A DNA stretch of 45,093 bases. Source: a virus (taxonomy: Duplodnaviria > Caudoviricetes). The translations under genes were made by a program, and so were the position numbers. This document shows, piece by piece, positions 16,061 to 24,939 of this stretch. The notes beneath the pieces are model-generated. The model saw only the letters and a list, made by a program, of their open reading frames with translations, ran no database searches and was not told where the DNA came from. Position 1 is the stretch's first letter; every line of letters begins with the position of its first letter. The stretch is from IMG/VR virus record IMGVR_UViG_3300033513_000281, positions 1 to 45,093 of that record; one strand, 5' to 3'.

Positions 16061-17476
16061 ATGAGAATACAAACGCGACGACAACAGATCCAGGAATTGC
16101 AGACCGAGAATAAGCGTTTGGCCCAGATTCAAGAATTACTGGTCGATAACATACTCGCCGTCCAGGAGAGCGACGTCACATGGACGGGGAATCGATACAA
16201 GACCTACGCCGGGGCCGTTGAGGAAGTCGCCAAGAAGTACGCCGGTACGGCGGATTGGGGCGTCCTCCAGGTCGGGAACATCGTCGGCCTTCGCGCCGCC
16301 TATATCATCGGCCAGGGGCTGAAGGTCAGTAAGGTCGAAGCGGAGGGCGAGGACGCAGCTCCGGAATATAAGTTCGCCCAGCGGTTTATCGAAAAGAACG
16401 AGCTGGATCACGAGCTCGCGCAGGACCTGGCCCGGGAGGGCGAGATCGAGGGAAAGACGCTCATCAAGCTTTTCCCGATGAAGGTGGAAGATGAGGACGC
16501 GATTGAGGGCGTCGATATCGCCATTCGATGGGTAAGCTGGACGACAAACAAATATACGGTCAAGGTCAGTCCCAGCGATTATCTTCAGCTCGAAAGCGTG
16601 ACATGGACCCCGCCCGCCGGCACGGCAGTTTCACTTAAACCGGAGGAGTGCGTTTATAAGCGATTCGCCGGGCGGTTGGATGTGCCCAACGAGACCATGC
16701 CGCGCGTGGCGAAGTGCCTAACGCAAATCGAGGATTTGGACAAATCATTAAGAGACTGGAAAAGGATCAATGAACTCTTCGCGTCTCCTGTTCCGGATTT
16801 TGAATGTGATACGGCAGAGCAAGCGAAAAAAATAAACGAAGATATAAAAAATCTTAATTGGAAAATCGGAAAAGCGTTTGCCCATACGGGCCGATTTAAT
16901 TTTAAGCAACCATCGCCTGAAGGTCAAAAGGCCATTGAAACTTTAATCATAACGCTCATGAAGGTGATCTCGGGCACGACGGGAATCCCGATCAACGCCC
17001 TTGGATGTCCCGAACTCACCACAAAATACGGCGCCGACAGCCAGGGGATGCTTGATCTCATCGCCATGAGCACGTCGATGGAGCGCGAAGTCTGGCGCGC
17101 CGCGTATCAGGAGATGATCGAAAAAGCCATGCTGATGTGGAATCGGGAGACGGGAAAGACCCCCCTCCGGCCCAAGATGATCAAGGTGGAAATCCCGGTC
17201 ATCACAGCGGAACAATGGGCGCGGCTTGTCGATATATGGTTGCCGATCAGGACTTCAAAGGAAATAACGAGCAAGACGTTCCTTTCGCAGGTGCCCGGGC
17301 TGGACGTGGAAGCGGAGGCTAAGGCGCTTGAGGAAGAGGACGCCGCGGGCCTGGAGAAATTCACGGACAATAGCGACGGGATGACGCCCGAAGAAGTGGC
17401 CCAGGCCAAGGCGGACAAGGCTGCCGCCGACAGGCAGGACAATCCCGGCGCATTTATGAAAAAAGGAGCGAGATAA
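16061..17476 (+). CDS. Portal protein
   Basis: 471 aa immediately after terL, helical, ISGTTGIP-x3-LG motif, acidic C-terminus. Confidence 0.82.
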   Translation: MRIQTRRQQIQELQTENKRLAQIQELLVDNILAVQESDVTWTGNRYKTYAGAVEEVAKKYAGTADWGVLQVGNIVGLRAAYIIGQGLKVSKVEAEGEDAAPEYKFAQRFIEKNELDHELAQDLAREGEIEGKTLIKLFPMKVEDEDAIEGVDIAIRWVSWTTNKYTVKVSPSDYLQLESVTWTPPAGTAVSLKPEECVYKRFAGRLDVPNETMPRVAKCLTQIEDLDKSLRDWKRINELFASPVPDFECDTAEQAKKINEDIKNLNWKIGKAFAHTGRFNFKQPSPEGQKAIETLIITLMKVISGTTGIPINALGCPELTTKYGADSQGMLDLIAMSTSMEREVWRAAYQEMIEKAMLMWNRETGKTPLRPKMIKVEIPVITAEQWARLVDIWLPIRTSKEITSKTFLSQVPGLDVEAEAKALEEEDAAGLEKFTDNSDGMTPEEVAQAKADKAAADRQDNPGAFMKKGAR

Positions 17477-17622
17477 TGCCATTCTTTTCAGCGGCTATTA
17501 ACAACGCCCTGACACGTGACCAGCTTATATTTACCCCTTGGTCCGTAGCCATCATGGGGGCAATTTTATTGGTCTATATAGGCTGGCGCATTTTCGATAA
17601 GTATCGGACCCATAGGAGATGA
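17476..17622 (+). CDS. Small single-TM protein (48 aa)
   Basis: AAGGAG RBS, TAATG overlap with the portal stop, TM WSVAIMGAILLVYIGW. Confidence 0.55.
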   Translation: MPFFSAAINNALTRDQLIFTPWSVAIMGAILLVYIGWRIFDKYRTHRR

Positions 17623-17624
17623 CC

Positions 17625-17978
17625 ATGAGAAAAGGTCTATTCACAACCAATGATCAACCGCCCGCGGCTCCGGTCGAGCCGAAGCCGCTGAACCATATCA
17701 CCACGGCGATCATCCCTGGGGCAAAGCCCGCACCTGAACCCAAGCCGCTGGACCTGAGCAAGATCATCACCACCCATGATCCGGACACGGCATCCGATAT
17801 CATCATCGACGAGATCCGCAGACGCGAGGAACAAGGGGATGACAAAGTCGCCGTGAAGCTTGGCGAACCGATTAATATGGGGGCCGACGCTGTCCCGGAT
17901 CATGAACCGGGAACGCCTGGCGACGAAAACGCCGCGGCCCCTTCTCATAAAAAGCCGGGAAGGAAAAAAAAGGCATAA
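17625..17978 (+). CDS. Pro-rich low-complexity head-region protein with EPKPL..ITT repeats
   Basis: AGGAG RBS best fits ATG 17625. Begins MRKGLFTTND and ends KKPGRKKKA. Confidence 0.7.
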   Translation: MRKGLFTTNDQPPAAPVEPKPLNHITTAIIPGAKPAPEPKPLDLSKIITTHDPDTASDIIIDEIRRREEQGDDKVAVKLGEPINMGADAVPDHEPGTPGDENAAAPSHKKPGRKKKA

Positions 17979-17980
17979 CC

Positions 17981-18415
17981 ATGCTGGACATGTTCATCGG
18001 GAATGAATTTACCAAAATAGTTCATTCCCCCTATTGTGAGTGGGTGGATAAAATTGGCTCCGAAAATTGGGTGATGTTCGAGATGCTTGCCGATGCCCTA
18101 CTCCAAGAATATACGGAATGTAAGTGTTGTCTTGGAGAGCCTAGCGAATTTTGGAAGAGAAAAGAGCAGAGAGATCGGGACATAGAAAGAATTAACTCCA
18201 AATTCTTTGGCGAATGTATTTGTTGCGGAGAAACTCGCGGGATTCAGAGGGCTCATATCATCCCCAAATTATCATCTCCGGATGGCCGTGTAATGCCCCT
18301 TTGCCCTCGGTGCCACTGGAATTATGACCACGACTTATTGGATGGCCCTGAGTGGGCGACCATTGACCATTGGATAAAAAGGCATGTCCAGGATGTTTGC
18401 GAGATGAGGTCTTAA
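17981..18415 (+). CDS. HNH endonuclease with N-terminal Ada-like Zn-binding domain
   Basis: FIGN...H-x3-C...F...A...Y-x2-CKCC, then CICCG...RAHIIP...LCPRCH-x3-D. Confidence 0.75.
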   Translation: MLDMFIGNEFTKIVHSPYCEWVDKIGSENWVMFEMLADALLQEYTECKCCLGEPSEFWKRKEQRDRDIERINSKFFGECICCGETRGIQRAHIIPKLSSPDGRVMPLCPRCHWNYDHDLLDGPEWATIDHWIKRHVQDVCEMRS

Positions 18416-18417
18416 CC

Positions 18418-18612
18418 ATGCGGCATTGGTGGAGGCGGCTCATTCTCCGTCGCCGGATCAGGAGGGCTCAATCCCTGATCCTCAAGATCGAAGCTACCCT
18501 TTGCGATATGAACGCGCCGCGGTGGAAACGGAAGCAGATCTGGCGTGACTTCATCAAGACGAATTCCGGCAGGGCGGCTATCCTGAATATTTTGGATGGG
18601 GCGAAAACATGA
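18418..18612 (+). CDS. Small basic hypothetical protein
   Basis: GAGGT RBS, ATGA overlap with the protease gene. Confidence 0.55.
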   Translation: MRHWWRRLILRRRIRRAQSLILKIEATLCDMNAPRWKRKQIWRDFIKTNSGRAAILNILDGAKT

Positions 18613-19757
18613 AATTCAAAATCGCGGGCGAGCAGATCCAGGAAATGGCGGCCGATGAAATCTTGGACCACGTCTCCGCGTCTGCGTACAAGCGAATCAA
18701 AGCCGCCGATCCCAAGGCTTCATTCCGCGCCTATGTAATCGGGCACGAGGGCGAGTCCACCGGCAAGGTCGTCGGCATGGGCCGAGTCATCAAGAAGTGG
18801 GCGCACTCCGCCGTAGAGAACATCAATAAGAAGCTGGCCATCGGGACCAAGATATTCCACATGCATGGCCAGACGAACGAACATGATGGGCGCAAGCCGA
18901 TCGGTGAAGTCGTGGGCAAGACGCTATCCGATATCGCCGGCCGACTCTCATCCATCGCCATCGCCTATATCTTCCCTGAATTCAGGGACGTTCCGCTCGA
19001 TGTGGCGTCGATCGAAGCCGATATCAATATGCCCGAAACAGTCAACCCCAACGCGCGGGCGGTGGACGTTGACGTCGAGGAAATAACCGGAATCGCCCTA
19101 GGCAATTCCGAGATCGTCAAACCCGGGTTCGCAGGCGCGCAGCTCTTGGCCTCACTCCAAGAGTTTGCCGACAATGCGAGCCACGAGAAACCCCCAAAGG
19201 AGGGAGAAAAACCGATGACCAAAGAAGAAATTCGCCAGGCCATTCGAGACCTCAAACTGAACCCTTCGGACCTGTTCGGCTCGAAGGAGATGTCCGATGA
19301 CCCCATCGTCCAGGAGGTCATTCGAGAGAAGCGTCGGAACGAGGAAGGATTCGAAGGGCGGCAGTCCGCGAAGCTGGAGGGGCAGGTCAAGCAGCTGGAG
19401 CAGGAAAAGAAAGACCTGCAAGCCAAGCTCGACACCTACGGCAAAAGCCTGCTCAAGACCAGGGCGGCCGAGGCCATCAAGCCCGCTATCGAAAAGCGCA
19501 AGCTCGACGAAAAGCAGGCGGCCTTCGTGCTCAAGAACGCGGCCAAGTTCACGCCCGCGAGCGAGGAATCGCTGGCTGGCGACTTGGACAAGTTCCTCGA
19601 CACACAGCTCGACGAGCTCAAGGCGTTCCATGAACTCTACGGGATCAAACCCGGCGAGACTGGAAAGGCCGGAGTGGGCGCGGGCAAGGCCGGCGACACG
19701 TCCGTCGAAGATTTACTCACCCCTGACGCGTTGAAGGACGAAGTCAAAAAACCATAG
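18609..19757 (+). CDS. Prohead protease-scaffold fusion (probable internal scaffold start at 19215)
   Basis: Protease-like N-half (FHMH...PIGEV...ASIE...GIAL...PGF-x2-A) and coiled-coil C-half. In-frame ATG 19215 with GGAG-rich RBS. Lies between portal and capsid. Confidence 0.75.
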   Translation: MKFKIAGEQIQEMAADEILDHVSASAYKRIKAADPKASFRAYVIGHEGESTGKVVGMGRVIKKWAHSAVENINKKLAIGTKIFHMHGQTNEHDGRKPIGEVVGKTLSDIAGRLSSIAIAYIFPEFRDVPLDVASIEADINMPETVNPNARAVDVDVEEITGIALGNSEIVKPGFAGAQLLASLQEFADNASHEKPPKEGEKPMTKEEIRQAIRDLKLNPSDLFGSKEMSDDPIVQEVIREKRRNEEGFEGRQSAKLEGQVKQLEQEKKDLQAKLDTYGKSLLKTRAAEAIKPAIEKRKLDEKQAAFVLKNAAKFTPASEESLAGDLDKFLDTQLDELKAFHELYGIKPGETGKAGVGAGKAGDTSVEDLLTPDALKDEVKKP

Positions 19758-19769
19758 GAGAAAAACATC

Positions 19770-20153
19770 ATGGCCGAAACAGGCATGAAACTGAGGACCG
19801 CCGCCCCCAATGCGGACTGGCGATCCTTCAAGGTGACCGTTTCCACGCCCGGCGTAACCGCCGGGCAATGGGATCTCATCCACGACACGGTGGGATTCTA
19901 TATGCAGGACGCCGACGCCGGCGAAGAGGTGGCTTTCTGCTACCACGCCGAAAAGGTCATGGCGCCCAAAAGCGTCGTGAGCGGAGCCGGGGAATTCGAA
20001 GTGGGCGACAAGGTCTATTTCGATCACGCCGACGCGGAGATGAACAACGACTCCGGCGGAAACTACATGTGCGGCATCTGCGTGAAGGCATCCGCGCTGG
20101 CCGATACCGAGGTCTTGATCGACCTCGACGGCGCTCACGTGACGGTGAGCTGA
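19770..20153 (+). CDS. Capsid cement/decoration protein (DUF2190-like)
   Basis: GVTAG...GF-x3-DA-x-AGE...F-x2-GDKVYFD...G pattern. Sits just before the major capsid gene. Confidence 0.75.
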   Translation: MAETGMKLRTAAPNADWRSFKVTVSTPGVTAGQWDLIHDTVGFYMQDADAGEEVAFCYHAEKVMAPKSVVSGAGEFEVGDKVYFDHADAEMNNDSGGNYMCGICVKASALADTEVLIDLDGAHVTVS

Positions 20154-20163
20154 GGAGGATGAT

Positions 20164-21165
20164 ATGGGAATTCTAATCAAAGACTGGTCGAAGTTCGAGT
20201 GGAAGAATCCCACTCACATCCAGGTCCTCTACAGGAACACCGGAAAGTTCCTCGCCGGACCGTCGAGCGAAGAGTACCGCCGAGTCACCAAACAGATCCA
20301 GGAGTTCGGCACCCCGCAGGATTTCCCGACGTCCGTCCTCCAGGTCTTGGACAAGTACCATCTGACCACGCCCTATGATACGGGCTGGCAGCAGATCTAC
20401 AAATTCATCGACCTGACCAATTCGAGGCGCAACGGCTGGGATATCACTAACGTGCAGAGCGGCCTGACCTTCGATAAGAAGCTTATCGGGGAAAAGCTCG
20501 AAGTCAAGAAGATGTGGGGCGACAAAGAACACGTCTACTGCGACTTCTACGGCGGGGCGCTCGGCTGGCATCAGTCCCTGTTCGACGACGAGGAATACTG
20601 GACCATCGAGGACAACGCCATCGAGTTCCGGGCCGCGGCTTATTACAGGCAGGCGCAGGTCTACTACGCCCTGGTCGAGGCCGTGGGCGCGACGGGCGCC
20701 GTGGCGTGGCAGCCCCCCATTCCGGCGGCTCTGCCCGTTACGGATTCGACTTACAACGCCAGGCGCGACATCCGGACGATGAATGCGGCCGCCCTCCAGA
20801 TCTTTCAGGCCGTCGAGGGCAAGGGCTATAACGTCAGTCCGCAGGGCGTTTCCTTCATCGTTCTCACCCCGCTCGAACTCCAGGACCGGGTCAAGCAGGC
20901 CCTTTCCGTCCAGCTCCAGGCGTATGTCGGGAGCCAAGGGCTGGCCAACTTCTCGTTCCGGCCGCTCTACACGAACATGCTCACGGACAAAACGCATGCC
21001 TGGGTGATCCTTCCCGGCAATAAGCTCCAGTGGGGGCTTCGGATGGACCTCGCCATGTTCGAATCCTTCGACATGCTGTCCTACACCAAGGCGGCTGCCG
21101 GCTGGATGAGGTACGGCGGGGCGATCGGCGACACGGATCAAGTCGCGCGCATCGCTTTCGCGTGA
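20164..21165 (+). CDS. Major capsid protein (HK97 fold, Mu gpT-like)
   Basis: GAGGAGG RBS, 333 aa, T-x2-DFP near the N-terminus, LTPLEL, C-terminal RYGGAIGD, followed by a terminator. Confidence 0.8.
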   Translation: MGILIKDWSKFEWKNPTHIQVLYRNTGKFLAGPSSEEYRRVTKQIQEFGTPQDFPTSVLQVLDKYHLTTPYDTGWQQIYKFIDLTNSRRNGWDITNVQSGLTFDKKLIGEKLEVKKMWGDKEHVYCDFYGGALGWHQSLFDDEEYWTIEDNAIEFRAAAYYRQAQVYYALVEAVGATGAVAWQPPIPAALPVTDSTYNARRDIRTMNAAALQIFQAVEGKGYNVSPQGVSFIVLTPLELQDRVKQALSVQLQAYVGSQGLANFSFRPLYTNMLTDKTHAWVILPGNKLQWGLRMDLAMFESFDMLSYTKAAAGWMRYGGAIGDTDQVARIAFA

Positions 21166-21201
21166 TTTTAGGCTAGGGGAGGCGCGATCCTGAGACAACG
21201 C

Positions 21202-21238
21202 AAGATGGGGGCGGGGCCGACTTCGCCCCCGTCTTTTT
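21202..21238 (+). terminator. Rho-independent terminator after the major capsid gene
   Basis: AAGATGGGGGCG / CGCCCCCGTCTT stem plus T-run. Confidence 0.8.
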
Positions 21239-21253
21239 AACCGAAAATGATCG

Positions 21254-23896
21254 ATGAGAAAAGGCTTATTTCCGGAACGTGAAATAATGGGAAGGATAAC
21301 AACTCGGGACCTTCGCGTCAAGCAGGTCACGGCGACGCAACAGCAAGGAAGAGTCCGGACCTACCGGAATATCGCGCCGGCTGCCGGTGCTGGATCACTA
21401 TCATTCTCGGATCGATTCCCCGACGGCGCATGGCGCGGCCGGCGGTGTTTTATCGTCGGCGGCGGGCCATCGCTCAAGGGATTCGATTTCAACCGGCTCA
21501 AGGGCGAGAAGGTCATCGCCGTGAACAAGGCTTATTTTGACGTGCCGTTCGCGGACATCATGTTTGCAATGGACAGACCTCTTCTCAATCTCATTACGGA
21601 AGGGAAACTGAATAAGGACGGAAAGGACTATCGCGCCGCCTTCGCGTCATTCGCGGGCGCGAAGCTCTGGCTGGACCTTTCGGGCTATTCCTATCCCCCG
21701 GGCATTTACTCAGTCCGATCTGCCGGAGAGATCGGATGGACTAAAAGCTTTGCGGAAGGCTTGTATCATGGCCAGAATAGCGGCTACGGAGCCCTGGGCC
21801 TGGCGATCGTCCTGGGGGCCGATCCGATTTATTTGCTCGGCTATGACTGTTCGAATGGGCCAGACGGCGAAAAGCACTACCATGACGGCTATCCTGGCGC
21901 GGGGAATCCAAACGCCAACGGAAGATTCCTTAAGTCTTTCAACGCCGGCGCCGAGTTGCTCAAGGACGGGCCGAGGATCATCAACCTCAATCCCTATTCG
22001 GCACTCCGGGCGTTTCCGTTCGGAGACGTCGACGAAGTTGTCGCCAAACGCGATGACGAGCTCTTTTTCGACGGCTGCCTCGGATTTGGAGACAACTTCC
22101 AGGAGCGGCCGCTCATCAGGCATTTCCTAAAGAAGTATAAGGCGGTCTATGTCAAGACCGCCCTGCCTGAAGTGTTTTGGGACCTGGGGCCCAACGTCAA
22201 ATTCGTCAACCCCGGACAAATAAATCTCAGGACGCAAAAAAAGCACATGGCCTCTCTCCCGCCCGAGACCTGGTCGCCGGCGCCGCCGGCAGCCAGAAAG
22301 GCGCGCTGGGCCATCTATCCCCCGAACGGAATTTCTTTTCCCAAGGTCGATCCGCATCCGAACGAATTGACGGGGTCGCGGCCTTTGAGTGTGGCGGGGA
22401 ATATTAAACAGATGGCAGGGATCGATGATTACGATTTCTCCTTCCCGGTCAGAAACGCCTGGATCAAGGCGGCGCGCGAAGTGACGGGCGCCCTTCCTAT
22501 CAAGTGGAAGAAGATCTGTATCGTCCGCCCGCCGACGAATCGAAAGGAATGGAACTGCCCTTCGCGGAATCCGAAGATCGAATACATGCAGCTCCTCATC
22601 GACCGCTATAAAGACGAGTATTTCTTCATCAGTATCGCCGACGTGGACGGGGAAGTCGAGACTTGGGATGGTCGGCTCACCGGCATCGATGCCGAATTCC
22701 ATCATGGCGAGATCCCGCTCACAACGATATTCGGACTGATGAAGATCGCCGACATGTCGATTATCTATCCCGGCTTCTTTATGCCGGCGGCGATAGCGAT
22801 GCGGGCCAAGTGTTTCACGATCTTCGGCGGAAATGCCGGGCCCCAGGTGCACGTCGACCCCATCATGGGGCTGGACAATTTCGGATGGATCGCCCCGGAA
22901 CCGTTTTGCCAGTGCATCGACAATAATCATGACTGCAAAAAGGACATCCCTCCGGGAAAGGTCATCGCCGCTTTCGAGGAATTAAAGAACAGGCCGCTGA
23001 AGATCAAGGAGGCATCCATCGGGATCCCGCCGGGGATCGGCGACGCGCACTGGCCGCTTCTTATCCTGGAATCGTTCAAGGAGCGTCACGGCCTTGACCG
23101 GGTGACGATCAAGTTCTTTGAGCTCTGGGAATATACGTCCGAATTTTTGAGGAATGTCCCGTTCGTCGACGATGTTCAGAAATGCCCCCCGCTCGCGTTT
23201 TCGTTCCACCTCGCCGGCGGGCACGGCAAGCCGCTCTATAAGGGCGAGCAACACGGCCTGGATTACATGATCGAATACGGATCGCAGCTCGAGCAGGGCG
23301 TCCCGCTCGAGAAGATACTCCCCGAGTATGAGGTGAATTGGAGCTACCCAATCCTTAACCTCGAGAAACACGACGAGTTTGTCGCCGACCTGCGGAAACA
23401 GGCCGGCGGGCGGCTCGTCATCATCTACACCTCGAGCAAGGGCGGAAATCGCGCCTGGGCCAAGAACGACTGGACGCTCAAGGACTGGATGACGCTCGTC
23501 GAAATGTTCAACCAGGCGAACGGCTGCAAGGTCGTGCTGATCGGCGCCGCGTTCGATAAGGACTATGCCGCGGAGCTCAAGGCACTCGACAAGGGCGGGA
23601 TCATCATTGACCTCGTTGGCCAGCTCTCCATCATGAAATCTCTCGCGGTGATCAAGGCCGCGGATTTCTTTATCGGCTTCTCCTGCGGGCTCGAGCTCAT
23701 GGCCTGCCATTTCCATACCCCGTGCGCGGAGTTTTGGCCCATACGCAAGGTGTCCCAGGGCGGCGTCTACGGCTCCGGCTTCATGACGTCGTGGCTTCCG
23801 CCGTGGTCCCGGGACTCGGACACCTATCTGCCTATCCCGTACGGCCCGGAATCGAGGCCGGAACTGATCTTCCCGAAGGTGAGGAAATTCCTATGA
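21254..23896 (+). CDS. Tri-domain glycosyltransferase: DUF115/MptE/Maf-like domain plus two GT-B (GT9-like) modules
   Basis: Domain 1: CFIVGGGPSL...IAVN...NSG-x2-AL-x-LA-x2-LGA-x2-IYLLGYD. Domain 2: LGFGD...RNP...CQC-x5-DC-x2-DI. Domain 3: GIGD...W-x4-W...VVLIG...DLVGQLS...ADFFIG. Confidence 0.82.
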   Translation: MRKGLFPEREIMGRITTRDLRVKQVTATQQQGRVRTYRNIAPAAGAGSLSFSDRFPDGAWRGRRCFIVGGGPSLKGFDFNRLKGEKVIAVNKAYFDVPFADIMFAMDRPLLNLITEGKLNKDGKDYRAAFASFAGAKLWLDLSGYSYPPGIYSVRSAGEIGWTKSFAEGLYHGQNSGYGALGLAIVLGADPIYLLGYDCSNGPDGEKHYHDGYPGAGNPNANGRFLKSFNAGAELLKDGPRIINLNPYSALRAFPFGDVDEVVAKRDDELFFDGCLGFGDNFQERPLIRHFLKKYKAVYVKTALPEVFWDLGPNVKFVNPGQINLRTQKKHMASLPPETWSPAPPAARKARWAIYPPNGISFPKVDPHPNELTGSRPLSVAGNIKQMAGIDDYDFSFPVRNAWIKAAREVTGALPIKWKKICIVRPPTNRKEWNCPSRNPKIEYMQLLIDRYKDEYFFISIADVDGEVETWDGRLTGIDAEFHHGEIPLTTIFGLMKIADMSIIYPGFFMPAAIAMRAKCFTIFGGNAGPQVHVDPIMGLDNFGWIAPEPFCQCIDNNHDCKKDIPPGKVIAAFEELKNRPLKIKEASIGIPPGIGDAHWPLLILESFKERHGLDRVTIKFFELWEYTSEFLRNVPFVDDVQKCPPLAFSFHLAGGHGKPLYKGEQHGLDYMIEYGSQLEQGVPLEKILPEYEVNWSYPILNLEKHDEFVADLRKQAGGRLVIIYTSSKGGNRAWAKNDWTLKDWMTLVEMFNQANGCKVVLIGAAFDKDYAAELKALDKGGIIIDLVGQLSIMKSLAVIKAADFFIGFSCGLELMACHFHTPCAEFWPIRKVSQGGVYGSGFMTSWLPPWSRDSDTYLPIPYGPESRPELIFPKVRKFL

Positions 23897-24486
23897 AACG
23901 CGATCTGACGGGATTCGGAATGTACGGGACGGAAAATGCCCGCATGTATAACGAGGAACTGTTCCACTATCTCGAGAAGCGCGACCAGGAGCCCATCAGC
24001 GTGGCACTCAATCAATTCCGCCTAGAGCTGGTGCGCCGGTATTCCAACGGCGGGCGGTTGCTTGATATCGGCCCGGGCGCTTGCACATTCCTCAAGCTGC
24101 ATGGCGATTGCCTGGGCTTCGACATCAACCCCTACGCGGAAAAGAAACTCAAGGAATGGGGCCTCTGGTTCAATCCCTACGTGGACTCGTTCCGCCGGGC
24201 GCGTATCGGCGGCGTCACGTTCTTCGATTCCTTCGAGCACATCGACAATCCGCTGAGGATATTGAATCGGCTGTCAAATCAATTCGTATTTGTTTCAATC
24301 CCCATATTCATAGACAAAGAACACATGCTGAAATCGAAGCACTTCAAACCGGGCGAGCACGTCTGGCATTTCACGAGGCGGCAGTTCATGGCATACGTCG
24401 ATGACTTTAAGATTATTGAGGAGCTGGACGACGAAACGACGCTCGGGCGCGAGGACATAAAGACGTTCGTCATGCGGAGGAAATAA
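23893..24486 (+). CDS. Class I SAM-dependent methyltransferase
   Basis: LLDIGPGAC, GFDIN, TFFDSFEHI-x-NP, EHVWHF. ATGA-coupled to the glycosyltransferase. Confidence 0.88.
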   Translation: MKRDLTGFGMYGTENARMYNEELFHYLEKRDQEPISVALNQFRLELVRRYSNGGRLLDIGPGACTFLKLHGDCLGFDINPYAEKKLKEWGLWFNPYVDSFRRARIGGVTFFDSFEHIDNPLRILNRLSNQFVFVSIPIFIDKEHMLKSKHFKPGEHVWHFTRRQFMAYVDDFKIIEELDDETTLGREDIKTFVMRRK

Positions 24487-24487
24487 C

Positions 24488-24937
24488 ATGCCGGGAGAAA
24501 TTGGATATATCACTCTGGCGGAGGCGACGGCTTACTTTTTGACCCGGCTTTCCTCGTCCCTGTGGACGGGGACAGATGCGGTGAAGACGGCCGCGCTGAC
24601 GACGGCCTATGACCGGCTCTTCTATTCGGGACTATTCAATCCGCCGGCGCTTGCGGATGCGACGGCGGCCCAGCTCATCATCCTCAAAAAGGCACAGGCA
24701 GAAATGGCCTATTATCTTCTTGGTCATTTGGCCGACGAGGATCGGCGCAAAGGGCTCCAGGCCCAGGGCGTAACCCAGGCGGGGATCGTCAAGGAGACCT
24801 ATGCAGAGGCGGACTTGATGAAGCTCCCGATCCCACCATTCGTAGAAGCGCTCCTCGAGGATTTCTCCACGGCTGCCTCGGAAATGTATATCAGCTCCGT
24901 CGACCGGGACGAAGACGAAGAGGACATGACGCTTTAA
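24488..24937 (+). CDS. Head-tail connector/adaptor protein
   Basis: YITLAEATAYF...K-x2-AL-x2-A...KKAQAEMA pattern. First neck gene. Confidence 0.7.
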   Translation: MPGEIGYITLAEATAYFLTRLSSSLWTGTDAVKTAALTTAYDRLFYSGLFNPPALADATAAQLIILKKAQAEMAYYLLGHLADEDRRKGLQAQGVTQAGIVKETYAEADLMKLPIPPFVEALLEDFSTAASEMYISSVDRDEDEEDMTL

Positions 24938-24939
24938 CC

